64,000 nucleotides of DNA from Candidatus Marinacidobacterales bacterium (GTDB lineage Bacteria > Acidobacteriota > Vicinamibacteria > Marinacidobacterales > DATDRI01), in NCBI GenBank assembly GCA_965226495.1, contig OZ245365.1, forward strand, positions 1,248,001 through 1,312,000, in the 5' to 3' direction. Of this stretch, positions 26,018-35,863 are shown in pieces. Under the pieces are notes generated by a model that saw only the letters and a program-made list of their open reading frames with translations, was not told where the DNA came from and searched no databases. The position numbers were made by a program, and so were the translations under genes. Each line of letters begins with the position of its first letter. Position 1 is the first letter of the stretch.

Positions 26018-28694
26018 TCTCTTGATAGCGCGGGTGGTCGCGGAGCGGATCCCACGCAGGGTCGAGCTTGATCGAGCGGGCTGACCAGAAAGAGGGAACG
26101 GAGAGGAGTCGATCGATCTGCTCCAATGCCGCATCGCGTTCTCCCACCATCGTGCAGATACGCGCTAGATCATGGATCCGCGACGGCCCAAGGAATGCGT
26201 CCTTCGAAACCGGCATGAGCTCTACACCTCGTTTTCCGGCGGCGACCGCTTCTTCTTTGCGTCCAAGGCCGGCGTACGTGATGCCGAGAGAGGAGTGGAA
26301 ACGATGGTCTTCGGGACTTTGCCCTAGTCGCTCCTCGAGTATGACGCGAGCGTCTTCGAACGCGGCTCTTGCCTCTTCGGCACGGTCGAGCTCGCGCAGG
26401 CTGAGGGCCACGAGTAGCGCCTTCGGATAGGAATTGAGTTGGTCCTCGAACGCCGCGAGCGGTGTCGACCGCAGCCTGCTCAGCGCGTCGTCGAAGTTTC
26501 GCTCGAGAGTTTCCTGCAGAAACCACATAAAGACCGCGAATCGGTCATCTGCCTGGTACGGCATCTCCTCGAGTATCTGCCGCGCCTCGGCTGTTTCACC
26601 TCTCCAGCTCCAATAGTTACTCGCCCTCGCCCAGTACGAGACAGGCTGATCGGGGGCCAGGGTAAGAGCGACGCTCAAGATGCGATCCGCTTTTTCGTAC
26701 TCTCCTACCATCCAGTACGTCCCCCCGAGCAGTCCCGCTACGAGGCCGTTTCTCGGGTCGAGCTCGACCGCTTTTTCGAAATGGGTCACCGCGCCATCCC
26801 AGTCACCTCGTCGCCGGTAGACCGAAGCGACGAAAGCGGCCGCGAAGGCATCATTCGGGAGACCCTTGGCGGCGATAGAGAGCTCGCTAAGGGCGCGGTC
26901 CCAGGCTCTATCCACCATGTAGGCGTAGAGCCCGACACTTTGGTGTACCAATGGGAGATCCGGCTCGAGCTCACGAGCGCGGTCCAGAGCCGCTGTTGCG
27001 CGCTCCAGGCGCTCCTCGGAGCGGTCGAAGTCGCGCCAAATCCAAAGGTGTGTCGTAGCGAGACTGGCGTGGGCCTCAGCGAAGGTCGGGTCCAGCCTCA
27101 CCGCCCGCTCGAACATGCGCTCCGCGAGATCAAAGTCTTCCTTCGACGAAACAGCCCTACGAAACAAGTGGCTTCGGCCTCGCTGGTAAGCTTGAAGAGC
27201 CTCCATGTTCTCCGTGGGCTTCGACGTCAGCGCCTCCTGTTCCGGCGCCAACAGCGTGACGTTCATTTGTTGGATCACCTCTTGGGCGATTTCCGACTGA
27301 ACGTCAAAGAGATCATCGGTAACACGGTCGTAGACGCTGGACCATAGTTGCGTGTCATCGGAGACCTGGATCAGCTTGGGAGTCACTTTCACGCGTCCAG
27401 ACATGCTATCGGAGGAGCCTTTCTGCCAACGGACTGTCCCTTCCAATAAGTACTGAACGCCGAGCTCTTCTCCTATCTGACGAGTCGGTTTGTCCGTGTC
27501 CTTGTACTGGGAAGAGCTGTTACGCGAGATAACCCCGAGCCCGCTGACACCCGCTAGGCGACTCGTGATCTCTTCAGCCATGCCGTCGGCGAAGTACTCG
27601 TCTTCGGGTGGGCCCAGGTTTTCGAACGGCAGGACCGCGATCTTCTTCCTCTCCACGGCCGGCGCCTCCTCTTCTTGTGGAGGCGCGGGTGCCCGGTTGA
27701 GGAGAGCGTAGCCGACGATCAGGACCAACACAGCGGCAGCGGCAAGAGCGAACACTTTCTTCGTGGCCGCCGGCTTGGCCGCGGGTGCCACCGACGCCGA
27801 CTCGAGCCGACGGCGTATCGCCCTAAGATCCACGACCAGATCCTTCATTCCTTGGTAGCGGTTCGTCGGATCCTTCGCGAGACACTTTTCGATCAGACGC
27901 TGCAGATCCGTCGATGCTTCGGTCGAGACGTCTTGGCCCAGAGCCGGGAGAGGGGGAGCCGGCTTGCCCAAAATCGCGCTCATCGTGTCGGCCCCGGTGG
28001 CGCCGCGGAAGGGAGCCTGTCCGGCCGTCATCTCGTAGATGATGGTGCCTAGAGTAAAGATGTCGGTGCGGTGATCGACCTCGTGGCCTCGAGCTTGTTC
28101 GGGTGACATGTAGGAGATAGTCCCCATGACTTTACCTGGGTCGGTCCCGCCTTCGCGAAACGCGGTGGACGCTTGGCTGTCATCACCGCCCAGGGGCTCC
28201 ACCAACTTGGCCAGGCCAAAGTCGATGACCTTGGCGTGACCATCTTCGGTGAGCATGATGTTGGCGGGTTTGAGGTCGCGATGCACGATGCCTTTCGCAT
28301 GGGCGCGGGCAAGGCCTTCGGCGACCTCGGTGGCAAGCTCCAATGACCGAGCCAACGGTAGCCGCTCCCGAGCCAAGACGTCGCCGAGCTTGTCACCTTC
28401 GATGAGCTCCATCGCGATGAACGTCACGCCGTCTGCTTCGTCGATCTCATGGATCACCGCGATGTGAGGGTGGTGGAGCGACGCCGCGGCCTTAGCCTCC
28501 TGCACGAAGCGACGCCGGCGTTCGGCGTCAGAAACTAGCTCCGGCGGAAGTACTTTGATGGCGACTTCCCGATCGAGCTTGGTGTCCATCGCGCGGTACA
28601 CGATCCCCATGCCCCCGCGGCTGAGTTCCGCCAGGATCTTATAGTGCGAAAGCGTTGTGCCGATCACGTTTTTAGTTCGGGCGTCACCTAGCAT
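25998..28694 (-). CDS. Ser/Thr kinase with TM, TolB-N-like (AVLPFENL) and TPR domains
   Basis: RGGMGIVY, HRDLKPAN, DFG, YMSPEQ, KIAVLPFENLG..EYFADG, TPR repeats and DPAWDPLRDHPRY. The start may be GTG 28667. Confidence 0.93.
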   Translation of the reverse strand: MLGDARTKNVIGTTLSHYKILAELSRGGMGIVYRAMDTKLDREVAIKVLPPELVSDAERRRRFVQEAKAAASLHHPHIAVIHEIDEADGVTFIAMELIEGDKLGDVLARERLPLARSLELATEVAEGLARAHAKGIVHRDLKPANIMLTEDGHAKVIDFGLAKLVEPLGGDDSQASTAFREGGTDPGKVMGTISYMSPEQARGHEVDHRTDIFTLGTIIYEMTAGQAPFRGATGADTMSAILGKPAPPLPALGQDVSTEASTDLQRLIEKCLAKDPTNRYQGMKDLVVDLRAIRRRLESASVAPAAKPAATKKVFALAAAAVLVLIVGYALLNRAPAPPQEEEAPAVERKKIAVLPFENLGPPEDEYFADGMAEEITSRLAGVSGLGVISRNSSSQYKDTDKPTRQIGEELGVQYLLEGTVRWQKGSSDSMSGRVKVTPKLIQVSDDTQLWSSVYDRVTDDLFDVQSEIAQEVIQQMNVTLLAPEQEALTSKPTENMEALQAYQRGRSHLFRRAVSSKEDFDLAERMFERAVRLDPTFAEAHASLATTHLWIWRDFDRSEERLERATAALDRARELEPDLPLVHQSVGLYAYMVDRAWDRALSELSIAAKGLPNDAFAAAFVASVYRRRGDWDGAVTHFEKAVELDPRNGLVAGLLGGTYWMVGEYEKADRILSVALTLAPDQPVSYWARASNYWSWRGETAEARQILEEMPYQADDRFAVFMWFLQETLERNFDDALSRLRSTPLAAFEDQLNSYPKALLVALSLRELDRAEEARAAFEDARVILEERLGQSPEDHRFHSSLGITYAGLGRKEEAVAAGKRGVELMPVSKDAFLGPSRIHDLARICTMVGERDAALEQIDRLLSVPSFWSARSIKLDPAWDPLRDHPRYQEIIQKHR

Positions 28695-28794
28695 GGTTGC
28701 CGCTTTGAAACGAGGTCAGACGCCAGTACGACGATTCTACGGTGAGACAATCAGGGATTCAATGACCAGTCCCCACGCAGGTACCGTCGGACGG

Positions 28795-29421
28795 CTATTT
28801 CTGTACGCTCACATGGGGATTGTCGCGTTCGTAGAAGCGCAAGGGTTTCTTCGCCCACTGTCGCGCGTAGTCGACGCCGATACGGGTAGCGGTCACGATG
28901 CGTCGTTCGGGGATGGATCTCCCTCGCTCGAGGTAGAGCTCCTTGCCATCGACGAGATCCAGCCGGTCGAGGTTGCCGTCGATCCGGAGCGCCTGGGTGA
29001 GCTTGGCGGGTCCCGAGCAAAGGTCGGTGTCCTTCAAGCGGCTGCGCGCCACCTGGCCACCTCGATGGCGTCGCATGATCTCGATCCCATCCATGGGCTC
29101 GAGCGCCCGGATTAAGCAAGCCGTGGGTTGACCTTCCCGCTCAGCGACGACGTTCAAGAGCCAATGGATGCCGTAAGTGAAATAAACGTACGCGTGGCCA
29201 GCGTCGAGCCACATGGTTTCGGTGCGCTTGGTGCGCCGACCTCCGAAGCTGTGAGCTGCCCGGTCCGGAATGCCAAGATAGGCTTCGGTCTCGACGATGC
29301 GGCCCGAGAGCACCACACCGTTCCCGAGCCGGCGCACCAGCTTTCGTCCGAGGAGCGCGCGAGCCAGTGTCACCGGGTCCCGCCGGAAAAATCGACGTTT
29401 GAGAGGAATAGGGCGTCCCAT
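28795..29421 (-). CDS. mpg: DNA-3-methyladenine glycosylase (AAG/MPG family)
   Basis: GRIVETEAY, AYVYFTYGIHW, LIRALEP, CSGPAKLTQAL and RIGV. Confidence 0.95.
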   Translation of the reverse strand: MGRPIPLKRRFFRRDPVTLARALLGRKLVRRLGNGVVLSGRIVETEAYLGIPDRAAHSFGGRRTKRTETMWLDAGHAYVYFTYGIHWLLNVVAEREGQPTACLIRALEPMDGIEIMRRHRGGQVARSRLKDTDLCSGPAKLTQALRIDGNLDRLDLVDGKELYLERGRSIPERRIVTATRIGVDYARQWAKKPLRFYERDNPHVSVQK

Positions 29422-29519
29422 TGGGTAGAGTGATTCTATGGTGCGGCGGCCTCCGTCTCAAGATGAGCTGCGACTGCGCGGTCAAATTTGCTATAGTCTC
29501 TACCCTCGATCGAATAAGC

Positions 29520-30680
29520 ATGAGCACGGAACAGACATCTTTGGAGGGCGACCTCAGTGAAATCCCCCGATTACTCGGCAGCATCGGCAGGCCCGAAGGA
29601 CCGACTCTCCTCTGCCTCGGCGGCATCCACGGCAACGAGCCGGCGGGCTTTCTAGCCCTCCGTCGGTTCTTCCAACGAGTCGCGGCGCGGGACGGGTTTG
29701 GGGGTCGTGTCATCGGATTATCGGGGAACCGCGGTGCCCTGGCCAAGAATCGCCGTTTCGTCGATCAGGATCTAAACCGCATCTGGATCCCGCAACAGAT
29801 CACGAGCGAGAGCCCTGGTGCGGAGCAGGCCGAGCTACACGAGATTGCGCAGGAGATCCGGGCCGTTTTGGCGACCTGCACCGGTCGCGCTTACTTTCTG
29901 GACCTCCACACCACGTCGGGGCCCGGGCCGGCCTTCGCATTTCTCGAAGATACGCTCCCGAATCGCCAGTTTGCGTTCCAGTTCCCGGTACCCATCGTGT
30001 TGGGAGCCGAAGAAGAGCTCCCCGGCACACTCGTCCAGTATTTGTGTGATCTCGGCGTGACCACGCTCGGATTCGAAGCCGGACAGCACCGGGATCCGGC
30101 CTCGGTCGACAGAGCGGAAGCCGCGATCTGGATCGCGATGGAAGCAGCGGGAATCGTAGAGCCGGGCACTCGCCCCGAGGTCGCCGAAGCTCGTCGAACC
30201 CTGACCGAGTCGAGCCGGTCGCTTCCCCGCATGGTCGAGATGCGTTATCGAAAACCGGTCGATCCCGACGACCAGTTTCAAATGGCTCCCGGATTTGAAA
30301 GCTTTCAAACGATAGAGGAGGGGCAGCTCATGGCCCACGATCGCGAAGGTCCGATCAAGGCCGCGACCGGCGGTTTTCTCCTCATGCCGCGCTATCAAGA
30401 CCAGGGTCAAGACGGTTTTTTCATCGTGCGTCCGGTCCGCGCGTTTTGGGTCGCATTATCCGCAAAGCTCAGACAGTTAGGGTTCGAGCGATTCCTGCAC
30501 TGGCTGCCAGGGGTTCGACGACACGCCGACATTCGCGGAGCATTCGTTGTGGACCAAGGGACGGCCCGATGGCATGCGATGGAGCTTTTTCATCTCCTTG
30601 GTTTTCGCAGGCGTGGCGAGAAGGGTCGCTTCCTAATAATGTCTCGCCGAGCTCACGATGTAGGCGGAGGAAAGCGCTGA
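29520..30680 (+). CDS. Succinylglutamate desuccinylase/aspartoacylase family (M14-like)
   Basis: GGIHGNEPAG, DLNRIW, LDLHTTS and FEAGQH. Confidence 0.88.
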   Translation: MSTEQTSLEGDLSEIPRLLGSIGRPEGPTLLCLGGIHGNEPAGFLALRRFFQRVAARDGFGGRVIGLSGNRGALAKNRRFVDQDLNRIWIPQQITSESPGAEQAELHEIAQEIRAVLATCTGRAYFLDLHTTSGPGPAFAFLEDTLPNRQFAFQFPVPIVLGAEEELPGTLVQYLCDLGVTTLGFEAGQHRDPASVDRAEAAIWIAMEAAGIVEPGTRPEVAEARRTLTESSRSLPRMVEMRYRKPVDPDDQFQMAPGFESFQTIEEGQLMAHDREGPIKAATGGFLLMPRYQDQGQDGFFIVRPVRAFWVALSAKLRQLGFERFLHWLPGVRRHADIRGAFVVDQGTARWHAMELFHLLGFRRRGEKGRFLIMSRRAHDVGGGKR

Positions 30681-30685
30681 CCGTG

Positions 30686-31531
30686 CTATCCGCGGAGTGA
30701 GGAAATCTTCCGCTTGGGGTCCAAGGCGTCCCGCAGCCAGTCACCGAAAACGTTCGTCCCCAGAACCACCAGCATGATGGCAAGTCCCGGAAAGACCGCG
30801 AGGTGCCAAGCCACGGTCACGTAGGCCCGTCCGTCCGCGAGCATTCCGCCCCAGGAAGGGGTGGGCGGCTGAACTCCGATCCCCAAGAAACTGAGGCCCC
30901 CTTCGAAAATGATCATCATGCCGAAGTTGAGGGTAGCCATGACAACGATTGTGTTGAGGATGTTGGGGAGGATGTGCCGCAGCATCAATCGCAGAGGTCG
31001 GCATCCCGCGACGCGCGCCGCGTCGATAAACTCGCTCTGCTTGACGCTCAGTACTTCGCCCCGGACCATCCGGGCGTAGCCAGGCCAAATGCCAAGAGCA
31101 AGGACGATGACAACGCTCATCATGCTCGGGCCGAAGGCTCCAATGGCAGCAATGGCCATCAACATGAACGGCATCGCGAGCTGCATATCGGCGAATCTCA
31201 TAATCAACGTCTCTAACCAACCGCCGACAAATCCTGCTAGCAATCCCAACAACGTTCCAAAGGCAAGCCCGAGGAACACAGAAAAGAAGCCGACCAAAAG
31301 AGAGACTCTCGAGCCGTAGACCAAGCGGCTAAGCACATCCCGGCCCAAACTGTCAGTTCCCAAGAGATGGTCCGACACGCCTCCGTCCTCCCAGGCAGGC
31401 GGCAGCAAAGTACTCGCGAGATCCTGTCGGATGGGGTCATGACTCGTAACGAAAGGCGCACCGATCGCGGTCAGCGAGAACAGCAACAAGATGCCGCCGC
31501 TCAAGATCGGAAGCTTCCGGAGTGCGCCCAT
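30686..31531 (-). CDS. dppC: Peptide/nickel ABC transporter permease (DppC-like)
   Basis: HLLGTDSLGRD, EFIDAARVAG (EAA loop), RHILPN and PSWGGML. Confidence 0.93.
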   Translation of the reverse strand: MGALRKLPILSGGILLLFSLTAIGAPFVTSHDPIRQDLASTLLPPAWEDGGVSDHLLGTDSLGRDVLSRLVYGSRVSLLVGFFSVFLGLAFGTLLGLLAGFVGGWLETLIMRFADMQLAMPFMLMAIAAIGAFGPSMMSVVIVLALGIWPGYARMVRGEVLSVKQSEFIDAARVAGCRPLRLMLRHILPNILNTIVVMATLNFGMMIIFEGGLSFLGIGVQPPTPSWGGMLADGRAYVTVAWHLAVFPGLAIMLVVLGTNVFGDWLRDALDPKRKISSLRG

Positions 31532-31540
31532 CGTATCGAT

Positions 31541-32458
31541 TCAGTTGTGACTTATTCTCGGGTCGAGCCAAGAGTAGAAAATCTCGACCAGCAGATTGAC
31601 CGCGATGAATATGACGGACGCGACGACGACCACCGCCTGCACGACACGGAAGTCATTGGATGAGATGGCCTGTACGGCAAGACGACCCACACCCGGCCAC
31701 GCGAATATGGTTTCTGTGATGACCGCGCCACCTAACAAAGTAGCGAACAGCTGGCCCACGTAGGTCACGACCGGGATGAGGGCGTTTCTGAGAGCGTGCT
31801 TCAAGACCACGATCTGTTCCGGAAATCCTCTCGTGCGGGCTGCGCTGACGTATTCCTTTCCCAAGACATCGAGCATCGCCGAGCGCGTGAGACGCATCAC
31901 CGCGGCCATCCCGAAGGTCCCTAAGGTCACCGCCGGCAGTACCAGGTGCTCCAGACCTCCTCGCCCAGAAATGGGCAGCATCTTGAGCTTGACCCCGAAG
32001 ACGAGTATCGCCATGACACCCAGCCAGTAATTGGGCGCTGCCTGCCCGACCAACGCAATCATCTGTCCCGCTCGATCTACTAAGGATAAAGGTCTCGTCG
32101 CCGAGATGATTCCGACCGGTAACCCCACCAAAAGCATGAAGATCATGGATGCCACCGTCAGCTCGATCGTTGCCGGCAAGTGTTGAAGCACCAAACCCAT
32201 CGCCGGAACTCTTGCCTGAAGAGATTCGCCAAAATCTCCCCGAAGAATGTCGCCAAAGAAGGCCAGGTATTGAATGTAAAAGGGGCGGTCGAGTCCGAGC
32301 TCCTTCCTCAGTAGGTCGGCTTCTTCTCTGGTGGCCATGGGATCCAGCAGAAGCGCTACCGGATCGCCGAGAACGTTCGTTATGAGAAAAACGATGATCG
32401 TGATTCCCACGATCATCAGGAGGGAATGGAAGAACCGTCTCAGTATGAATGTCGGCAC
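31541..32458 (-). CDS. dppB: Peptide/nickel ABC transporter permease (DppB-like)
   Basis: LGLDRP, GDFGES, LPATIEL, KHALRNALIPVVT and ETIFAWPGVG. Confidence 0.93.
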   Translation of the reverse strand: MPTFILRRFFHSLLMIVGITIIVFLITNVLGDPVALLLDPMATREEADLLRKELGLDRPFYIQYLAFFGDILRGDFGESLQARVPAMGLVLQHLPATIELTVASMIFMLLVGLPVGIISATRPLSLVDRAGQMIALVGQAAPNYWLGVMAILVFGVKLKMLPISGRGGLEHLVLPAVTLGTFGMAAVMRLTRSAMLDVLGKEYVSAARTRGFPEQIVVLKHALRNALIPVVTYVGQLFATLLGGAVITETIFAWPGVGRLAVQAISSNDFRVVQAVVVVASVIFIAVNLLVEIFYSWLDPRISHN

Positions 32459-32464
32459 GCCTGG

Positions 32465-33976
32465 CTATTGCCTTACGCTGACCGTCCACAAATCCATCAT
32501 TTCATCACTGGGAGCTCGGAAGCCGACCACCTCCTTGGAAACGGCATAGATCCCCTTCACGTTGTAGAGGAACAGATAAATCGCATCCTCATGAACGATC
32601 TTACGGATTTCGTATGCCGCTTCACTTCTCTTGCCGGCATCCATCGTGGCCTTAGTTCTCTTGACGGTCTCCCACAGCGATTGGTCCGGATGGAAGGAAA
32701 GAAAAGAGCTCGGGTCCAGCTCGTTCAGAGAATGCGAGATATCCCAATCCCTCGAGGCCATCCCGATGAGGTAAATTCCCTCGAACTCACGACCGATGAG
32801 CTTACTGATGTAAGTGCCGCTCTCCATGACATGAACTTTAGTGTCGATGCCCGCCTTTCCGAGTTGGTCCGCGACCGCCAGGACCACTTGTCGGTCCATC
32901 GGGTAACGCCCGTTCGGAGTGTAGAGGTTCAGCGGAAACCCGTCCGAATAGCCGGCCTCGGTCAGAAGGGCTCGCGCTTTCTCGAGATCGTACGGGTAGG
33001 GTTCTAACAGTGGGCCACTGCGTTCGGCGATCCGTAGAGGGACGTGTGTTCCGAGAGGCGTACCCATCCCGCCGAGCACGCCCTCGACGATTGCCTCCTT
33101 GTCGACGGCGTAGTTGAGGGCCTGGCGTACTCGTTTGTCCCGGAGGGCGGCGACGTTGGTCGTATCCATAATGATATGCATCGCACGTAGACTCTCGATC
33201 GATTGGACATCTATATCGTCATCGTCTTCGAGCGTCGCCACCATGAAAGGTGGCACGTCGGTAATGATGTCCACGCCCCCGGTCTGCAGCTCAGCGACCC
33301 GGGTCCCCATTTCCGGAATGATTCGAAAGACCAGCGTCTCGACCTTTGGGGGAGGGAGATACCAGTCGGAAACTGCCGTCAGCGTCAAGCGATCGTTGGG
33401 TTCCCAGGAAACGAACTCGAAGGGTCCCGTCCCGACGGCATGATGTCGAACGCCTTGCTTTTCGTTTTCTTCGAAGGTCTCTTTCGAAACGATCCCCACG
33501 AAGGCTGCCAGCACATTGGGTAGGAGCGGATCCGGGATTTTCGTCTTGATGTCTATGGTGTGGCTGTCGATGACTTCTATGGTGTCGTAGCTGGCGAAAT
33601 AGGATCCAAAGTTCCACCTGTTACGCGGATCCAGTAGCCACTCGAGCGTGAACTTGACGTCGGTTGCGGTAAACGGATAACCGTTGTGGAACTTCACTCC
33701 CTGCCGAAGATGGAAACGCCAGGTCTTGTCGTCGAGTAACTCCCAGGAAACTGCCAGACGAGGGTTGATCTTACCGTCGGGGCCGAAGTGAACGAGACTG
33801 TCGTACACGTGCCGCTGCATCATGATGCCGGTCACGTTGAATGCCAGTAGCGGAGACAATCCCTTCATGTCGGTGGTCACAGCGACCGTCAGGGTGTTCT
33901 TGGGTTGTGGCGATCCACGCCAGAAAATCACGAGGGCAATGAGGATGAGGAGGGAAAGTGCGGCGAGTCGCTTCAT
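32465..33976 (-). CDS. dppA: ABC substrate-binding protein family 5 (DppA-like)
   Basis: LAVSWE, FHLRQGVKFHNG, GTGPF, RVRQALNYAVD and YPYDLEKA. Confidence 0.92.
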   Translation of the reverse strand: MKRLAALSLLILIALVIFWRGSPQPKNTLTVAVTTDMKGLSPLLAFNVTGIMMQRHVYDSLVHFGPDGKINPRLAVSWELLDDKTWRFHLRQGVKFHNGYPFTATDVKFTLEWLLDPRNRWNFGSYFASYDTIEVIDSHTIDIKTKIPDPLLPNVLAAFVGIVSKETFEENEKQGVRHHAVGTGPFEFVSWEPNDRLTLTAVSDWYLPPPKVETLVFRIIPEMGTRVAELQTGGVDIITDVPPFMVATLEDDDDIDVQSIESLRAMHIIMDTTNVAALRDKRVRQALNYAVDKEAIVEGVLGGMGTPLGTHVPLRIAERSGPLLEPYPYDLEKARALLTEAGYSDGFPLNLYTPNGRYPMDRQVVLAVADQLGKAGIDTKVHVMESGTYISKLIGREFEGIYLIGMASRDWDISHSLNELDPSSFLSFHPDQSLWETVKRTKATMDAGKRSEAAYEIRKIVHEDAIYLFLYNVKGIYAVSKEVVGFRAPSDEMMDLWTVSVRQ

Positions 33977-34022
33977 CGACACAAACCTCAACGGCGTCGT
34001 CGGAGCTCTCTAGAGACTCTTC

Positions 34023-34883
34023 TCAAGAATCGAACATCCTCCGAATCGTCTGAAACAGCTCGCTACCCTCGTCGCCCGTGGCGAGGGCAGTGACATCGTG
34101 TTCGCATCCTTCTAACAGCACGAGCTCCGCCTCTCCGCCTCTCTCCTTCAACGTCCGAACGAACTCCTTCGATGACTTCACCCGCCCTGCTTTCTCTTCG
34201 AGAGAGCCGACGCCGACGACCGTCTTGCGAGGGACCGTCTCGATATTCAAGATTGGGCTGGCCTCGCCCCGAAGCTCCGGGTCCGGAAGGTATTCGCGCA
34301 CCCAGGTCGGGACCCGGAGATCGTAGGACGTGCTGACCGGGGCACAGCCCTTGATCATGTCTGTCGGTAGAGACATCTGTTCGAGCCAGTCGGTTTTGAC
34401 GCTAACGAAGGCAGAAAGATTGGCTCCCGACGAATGGCCGCCCACATAGATTCGGTCAGGATCGCCCCCATGGGCGGCAATGTTCCGGAAAACCCAGGCC
34501 AACGCATGCCGTGCGTCATCATGCGCGTCGGGGTAACGAAAGCTGGGCGTGAGTCGATAGCCTGCTGCGACGGTCAGGATGTTGTGATGAACGAACGGCG
34601 AGGCAACGAAGCCGTATTCGGCGCGGTCGCCTTCCCGGAACCCACCACCATGAAAAAAGACGAAAACAGGCCATCCTGAAGATTTTTCTTTGGGGGCGTA
34701 TAGGTCGAGCCTCTGCTTGGGGTGGTCGCCATAGGGTATGTCCAGTTCATTCGGTACGGACTCCCGAATCGCGGTAGTTAGTTCATCCGCCTTCTCATAG
34801 AAAGCTTTCCAGTTGATGTGGAACTCTTCTGGGTGCGTAACGGTGTAATAGTTTGAGGAGCTCGACCCGTCGAAGTTTTTCAT
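34023..34883 (-). CDS. Alpha/beta hydrolase (arylformamidase/HSL-like)
   Basis: PYGDHPKQRLDLY, FFHGGG, GHSSG nucleophile motif and C-terminal catalytic His (CEH). Confidence 0.88.
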   Translation of the reverse strand: MKNFDGSSSSNYYTVTHPEEFHINWKAFYEKADELTTAIRESVPNELDIPYGDHPKQRLDLYAPKEKSSGWPVFVFFHGGGFREGDRAEYGFVASPFVHHNILTVAAGYRLTPSFRYPDAHDDARHALAWVFRNIAAHGGDPDRIYVGGHSSGANLSAFVSVKTDWLEQMSLPTDMIKGCAPVSTSYDLRVPTWVREYLPDPELRGEASPILNIETVPRKTVVGVGSLEEKAGRVKSSKEFVRTLKERGGEAELVLLEGCEHDVTALATGDEGSELFQTIRRMFDS

Positions 34884-34966
34884 GCCCGCGTACCTCCAAC
34901 ATTGGAATGTTGGGATTCTAAATGGCCTAGGGTTCCAGGGTCAACCGACAGGACCGGATCGAGAAT

Positions 34967-34994
34967 TTGACGGGAGAGACCCTGCTGGTACACT
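34967..34994 (+). promoter_or_regulatory. Putative sigma70 promoter
   Basis: TTGACG-16 nt-TACACT with TG before the -10, about 55 bp upstream of ATG 35051. Confidence 0.5.
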
Positions 34995-35050
34995 CTGGGC
35001 CGCCGGCGGGAATCCTGAATCCGACACGAAAGTTACGGGAGACGAAACCA

Positions 35051-35863
35051 ATGGGTAAGGAAAGTGGCTTCGAGACGATTCGTCTCGACCGAGACGAGCG
35101 TGGCGTAGCGACGATCACCATGGACCGGCCCGCCGACGGCAACCCGATGGACGAGGAGTCGATCCGCGAAATGACTCTCGTCGCCGAACGGCTCGGCGAA
35201 GACGACAGCGTGCGGGTCGTCGTCTTGACGGGGGAGGGAAACGTCTTCTGTGCCGGCGGCAAGCCGGCTTTTCTCGAGAAGCTCAGAAGCTTCAGCTTTG
35301 CGAAGAACATCAGCCTAGGCGGGCGGCTCGATCGTATGTACGCCACGCTCTCCGGGCTCCCCAAACCGCTAATTGGACGCATCAATGGTGACGCCATCGG
35401 GGGCGGAACAGGCCTAACCACGACCTGTGACATCGCCATCGCCGTCGAGGAAGCTCGGTTTGGATTCTCCGACGTTCGCGTCGGCATAGCACCCACCGTC
35501 GTCGCGCCATACTTCGTTCGAAAGGTCGGTCCCTCGTTCGCGCGCGCCGCCTTTATCAGCTGCGAGAAATTCTCCGCACGAAGAGCTAGCGAGATCGGGC
35601 TGGTTCATCGGGTAGCTCCCAAGGCCGACCTCGACGCGGTGGTGGAGGAAACGATCGATTCTTGTCTCATGGGAGGTCCGAGAGCAATGGCCGTTGCGAA
35701 GCGATTGCCGGACATCGTACAGCATGGCTCGGAGGCTCTGAGAAAGGAACTGGTCGAAATCGTGGCGAGACTGCGCGAGACGGATGAAGGCCGAGAGGGA
35801 CTGGCGGCGCTGATCGAGAAGCGAAAGCCCAGTTGGGTGGCAGGAGACAAAAGTGACGACTAG
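35051..35863 (+). CDS. Enoyl-CoA hydratase/isomerase family (methylglutaconyl-CoA hydratase-like)
   Basis: VVLTGEG..FCAG, PKPLIGRING.AIGGG, FGFSDVRVGIAP and EGREGLAALIEKRKPSW. Confidence 0.9.
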   Translation: MGKESGFETIRLDRDERGVATITMDRPADGNPMDEESIREMTLVAERLGEDDSVRVVVLTGEGNVFCAGGKPAFLEKLRSFSFAKNISLGGRLDRMYATLSGLPKPLIGRINGDAIGGGTGLTTTCDIAIAVEEARFGFSDVRVGIAPTVVAPYFVRKVGPSFARAAFISCEKFSARRASEIGLVHRVAPKADLDAVVEETIDSCLMGGPRAMAVAKRLPDIVQHGSEALRKELVEIVARLRETDEGREGLAALIEKRKPSWVAGDKSDD